A stretch of DNA of 59,945 bases, the filler included. It is 3 parts of 3 records of this genome, joined end to end, with 100 filler letters (N's around TTAATTAATTAA, not from the genome) between each part and the next. Parts side by side here need not be neighbours in the genome. Positions count along the whole stretch, not along the records: positions 36,560 to 59,945 come from SRR22947725_2207; 2 more parts are not named here. The stretch is one strand, 5' to 3'. The notes under the pieces were generated by a model that worked only from the letters and a program-made list of their open reading frames with translations, made no database searches and was not told the DNA's origin. This document shows, in pieces, positions 58,431 through 59,945 of the stretch. The first letter of the stretch is position 1. Each line of letters opens with the position of its first letter. Made by a program: the position numbers and the translations under genes.

Positions 58431-58964
58431 ATGATCAAATATTTATTTTTATTATTATCAATCGCTATGTTTTCTCAAGGATACGAAACCCAAAAATATG
58501 AAGTCGTCAAACAAATAGAAGATATCGAAATACGCTTTTATCCCCCATCGTTAATGGCAAAAGTTAACTCAAGAGGTGGGTTTTCAAAATTATTTCAATA
58601 TATCAGCGGAAAAAATGATAAAAGTGAAAAAATTGCAATGACAACACCTGTTCATATGTCTAGTGAAAACAACAAGTCTACTATGGAATTTGTATTGCCT
58701 TCCAAATATTCATTAGAAAATATTGCTATTCCAAATGATAAAAATATCGAGGTTTATAACTCTAAGCCTGGTTATTATGCGGCAATAACATATGGCGGTT
58801 ATTCCAACTCAGAAAAAATTAAAAAAAATCATTCTAGCTTATTAAATAAGCTTCAAGCTGAAAATTTTAAGATTTTGAACAGTCAACCTGTAGTGCTTTC
58901 TTACAATAGTCCTTATAAAGTTTTCAACAGAAGAAATGAAGTTTTAGTTGAGGTTGAGTTTTAG
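58431..58964 (+). CDS. SOUL heme-binding family protein
   Basis: YETQKYEV, EIRFY, FSKLFQYISG.N, KIAMTTPV, YNSP....RRNEV. Confidence 0.9.
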   Translation: MIKYLFLLLSIAMFSQGYETQKYEVVKQIEDIEIRFYPPSLMAKVNSRGGFSKLFQYISGKNDKSEKIAMTTPVHMSSENNKSTMEFVLPSKYSLENIAIPNDKNIEVYNSKPGYYAAITYGGYSNSEKIKKNHSSLLNKLQAENFKILNSQPVVLSYNSPYKVFNRRNEVLVEVEF

Positions 58965-59945
58965 ACCTCTGAGTCTTTAAAATTTATTTTTGGATCCATA
59001 ATTTCACTAATTAATCCTTCTAGTTCTTTCTCAAAACTAACGATACTGGAACTGTCTATCAAATCTGTTTGTGAATTTTTAATTTTTAATTTCATAGTTC
59101 CATTGCTTAAGTTTCTAAAGGAAATTATTCCTGCTGAAATTTTTTCACATCTAGTGCTTTTATGATACATCCAAACATAGCACATTAACTGCATTGCTTT
59201 TGTTCTTAAGGTGTCACTACAAATCAAGCCCATGTCTTTAATTGTCAGATTACTGGAGCTAACTAATCCTGTTTTATAGTCAATAATTCGAACTACTCCG
59301 TTTTTTTCATCAATTCTATCAATAACTCCAGTAATTGAAACCTTTGTACTGTTTTTCAGATTTAAGGTTCCTTTTATTGGCTTTTCAAGAGCAATTATTT
59401 TTATTTTGCTTCCACTGTTTAAGTCGTTTAATTCGTTTTGAATTAAAACCCGTATCCCGCTTTTAATGACTTCAAAAAGTATTAAATTCTTGCCCGAATT
59501 AAACAATTCATTGTTTGCAGAAAATGAGTTTTTAAGAGTTTTATTAATGTTTTGTAAAACTTCTTTTAAATCTTTTTTCTCTAAATATTTCCCGATAAAA
59601 GGTTTGTATAAAGATTCTATTGTTTCATGAAAAATTAAGCCTATTGTTTTATGATCTGCAGAACCTTCATTAGTTTTTTCCTTTTTTAATTTTAATAGCT
59701 TTTGAAAATAGTACTCTTTTGGGTTTTTTATATACGTTTCTAAAGAAGATGGGGAAAATCCTTTTAAGGAAATTTCTTTTATTCTTTTTAAAGCCGAGGG
59801 AGTTTTTTTAAAGTAATTTATTGTCACTTCATTTTCAAAATTAGATTCAGCCTTATAATATTCTATTTTGTGATTTCTGTTTTTTTCAAGCTGAAGTTGA
59901 TATATAAACCTGCTTTTTTCTGCTTTTTTCAATCCTTCTTCCTGT
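58961..59945 (-). CDS. PD-(D/E)XK nuclease family protein (AddB-like C-terminus; 5' off window)
   Basis: EKSRFI, FSPSSL, GVIDRID, IIDYKTG; frame open to the window edge. Confidence 0.88.
   Translation of the reverse strand, partial: QEEGLKKAEKSRFIYQLQLEKNRNHKIEYYKAESNFENEVTINYFKKTPSALKRIKEISLKGFSPSSLETYIKNPKEYYFQKLLKLKKEKTNEGSADHKTIGLIFHETIESLYKPFIGKYLEKKDLKEVLQNINKTLKNSFSANNELFNSGKNLILFEVIKSGIRVLIQNELNDLNSGSKIKIIALEKPIKGTLNLKNSTKVSITGVIDRIDEKNGVVRIIDYKTGLVSSSNLTIKDMGLICSDTLRTKAMQLMCYVWMYHKSTRCEKISAGIISFRNLSNGTMKLKIKNSQTDLIDSSSIVSFEKELEGLISEIMDPKINFKDSEV

Noticed and set aside
1-59945. CRISPR array, rRNA, IS/transposase, reverse transcriptase or alternative genetic code
   Set aside because: No regularly spaced repeats or such genes were seen; ORFs tile all three contigs under the standard code

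Overview
This window is three separate contigs joined by artificial N-padded TTAATTAATTAA linkers (24002-24101 and 36460-36559), as in a concatenated single-cell or metagenome-assembled genome. The genome appears to be an AT-rich, streamlined (probably marine) Flavobacteriia. Contig 1 (1-24001) is a dense lipid/acyl-CoA catabolic island. It holds a carboxyltransferase, an ACAD10/11- or Lva-like kinase plus acyl-CoA dehydrogenase, three SDRs, two sulfatases, two nitronate-monooxygenase/FabK-family flavoenzymes, a haloalkane-dehalogenase-like hydrolase, a DUF1254/DUF1214 pair, an MBL hydrolase, a fatty-acid-hydroxylase-family enzyme, an acetoacetate-CoA ligase and a dirigent-like protein. It also carries a TetR gene and three copies of a palindromic candidate operator (TTAGTAT-N4-ATACTAA). 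Contig 2 (24102-36459) is the head-tail-lysis module of an HK97-type siphovirus with Bacteroidetes-style expression signals. It shows a -1 frameshift signal in the tail chaperone, a possible alternative-pairing RNA switch, unannotated small ORFs and strong depletion of GATC and CAGG/CCTG. Contig 3 (36560-59945) starts at a probable tRNA 3' end. It carries a GH18 hydrolase, a Planctomycete-type DUF1592/DUF1552 pair, a CotH kinase, an M28 peptidase, a Tat oxidoreductase, a menG-F-D-B-A-C-E menaquinone cluster and a partial PD-(D/E)XK nuclease. All calls come from motif recognition by eye; no database searches were run.
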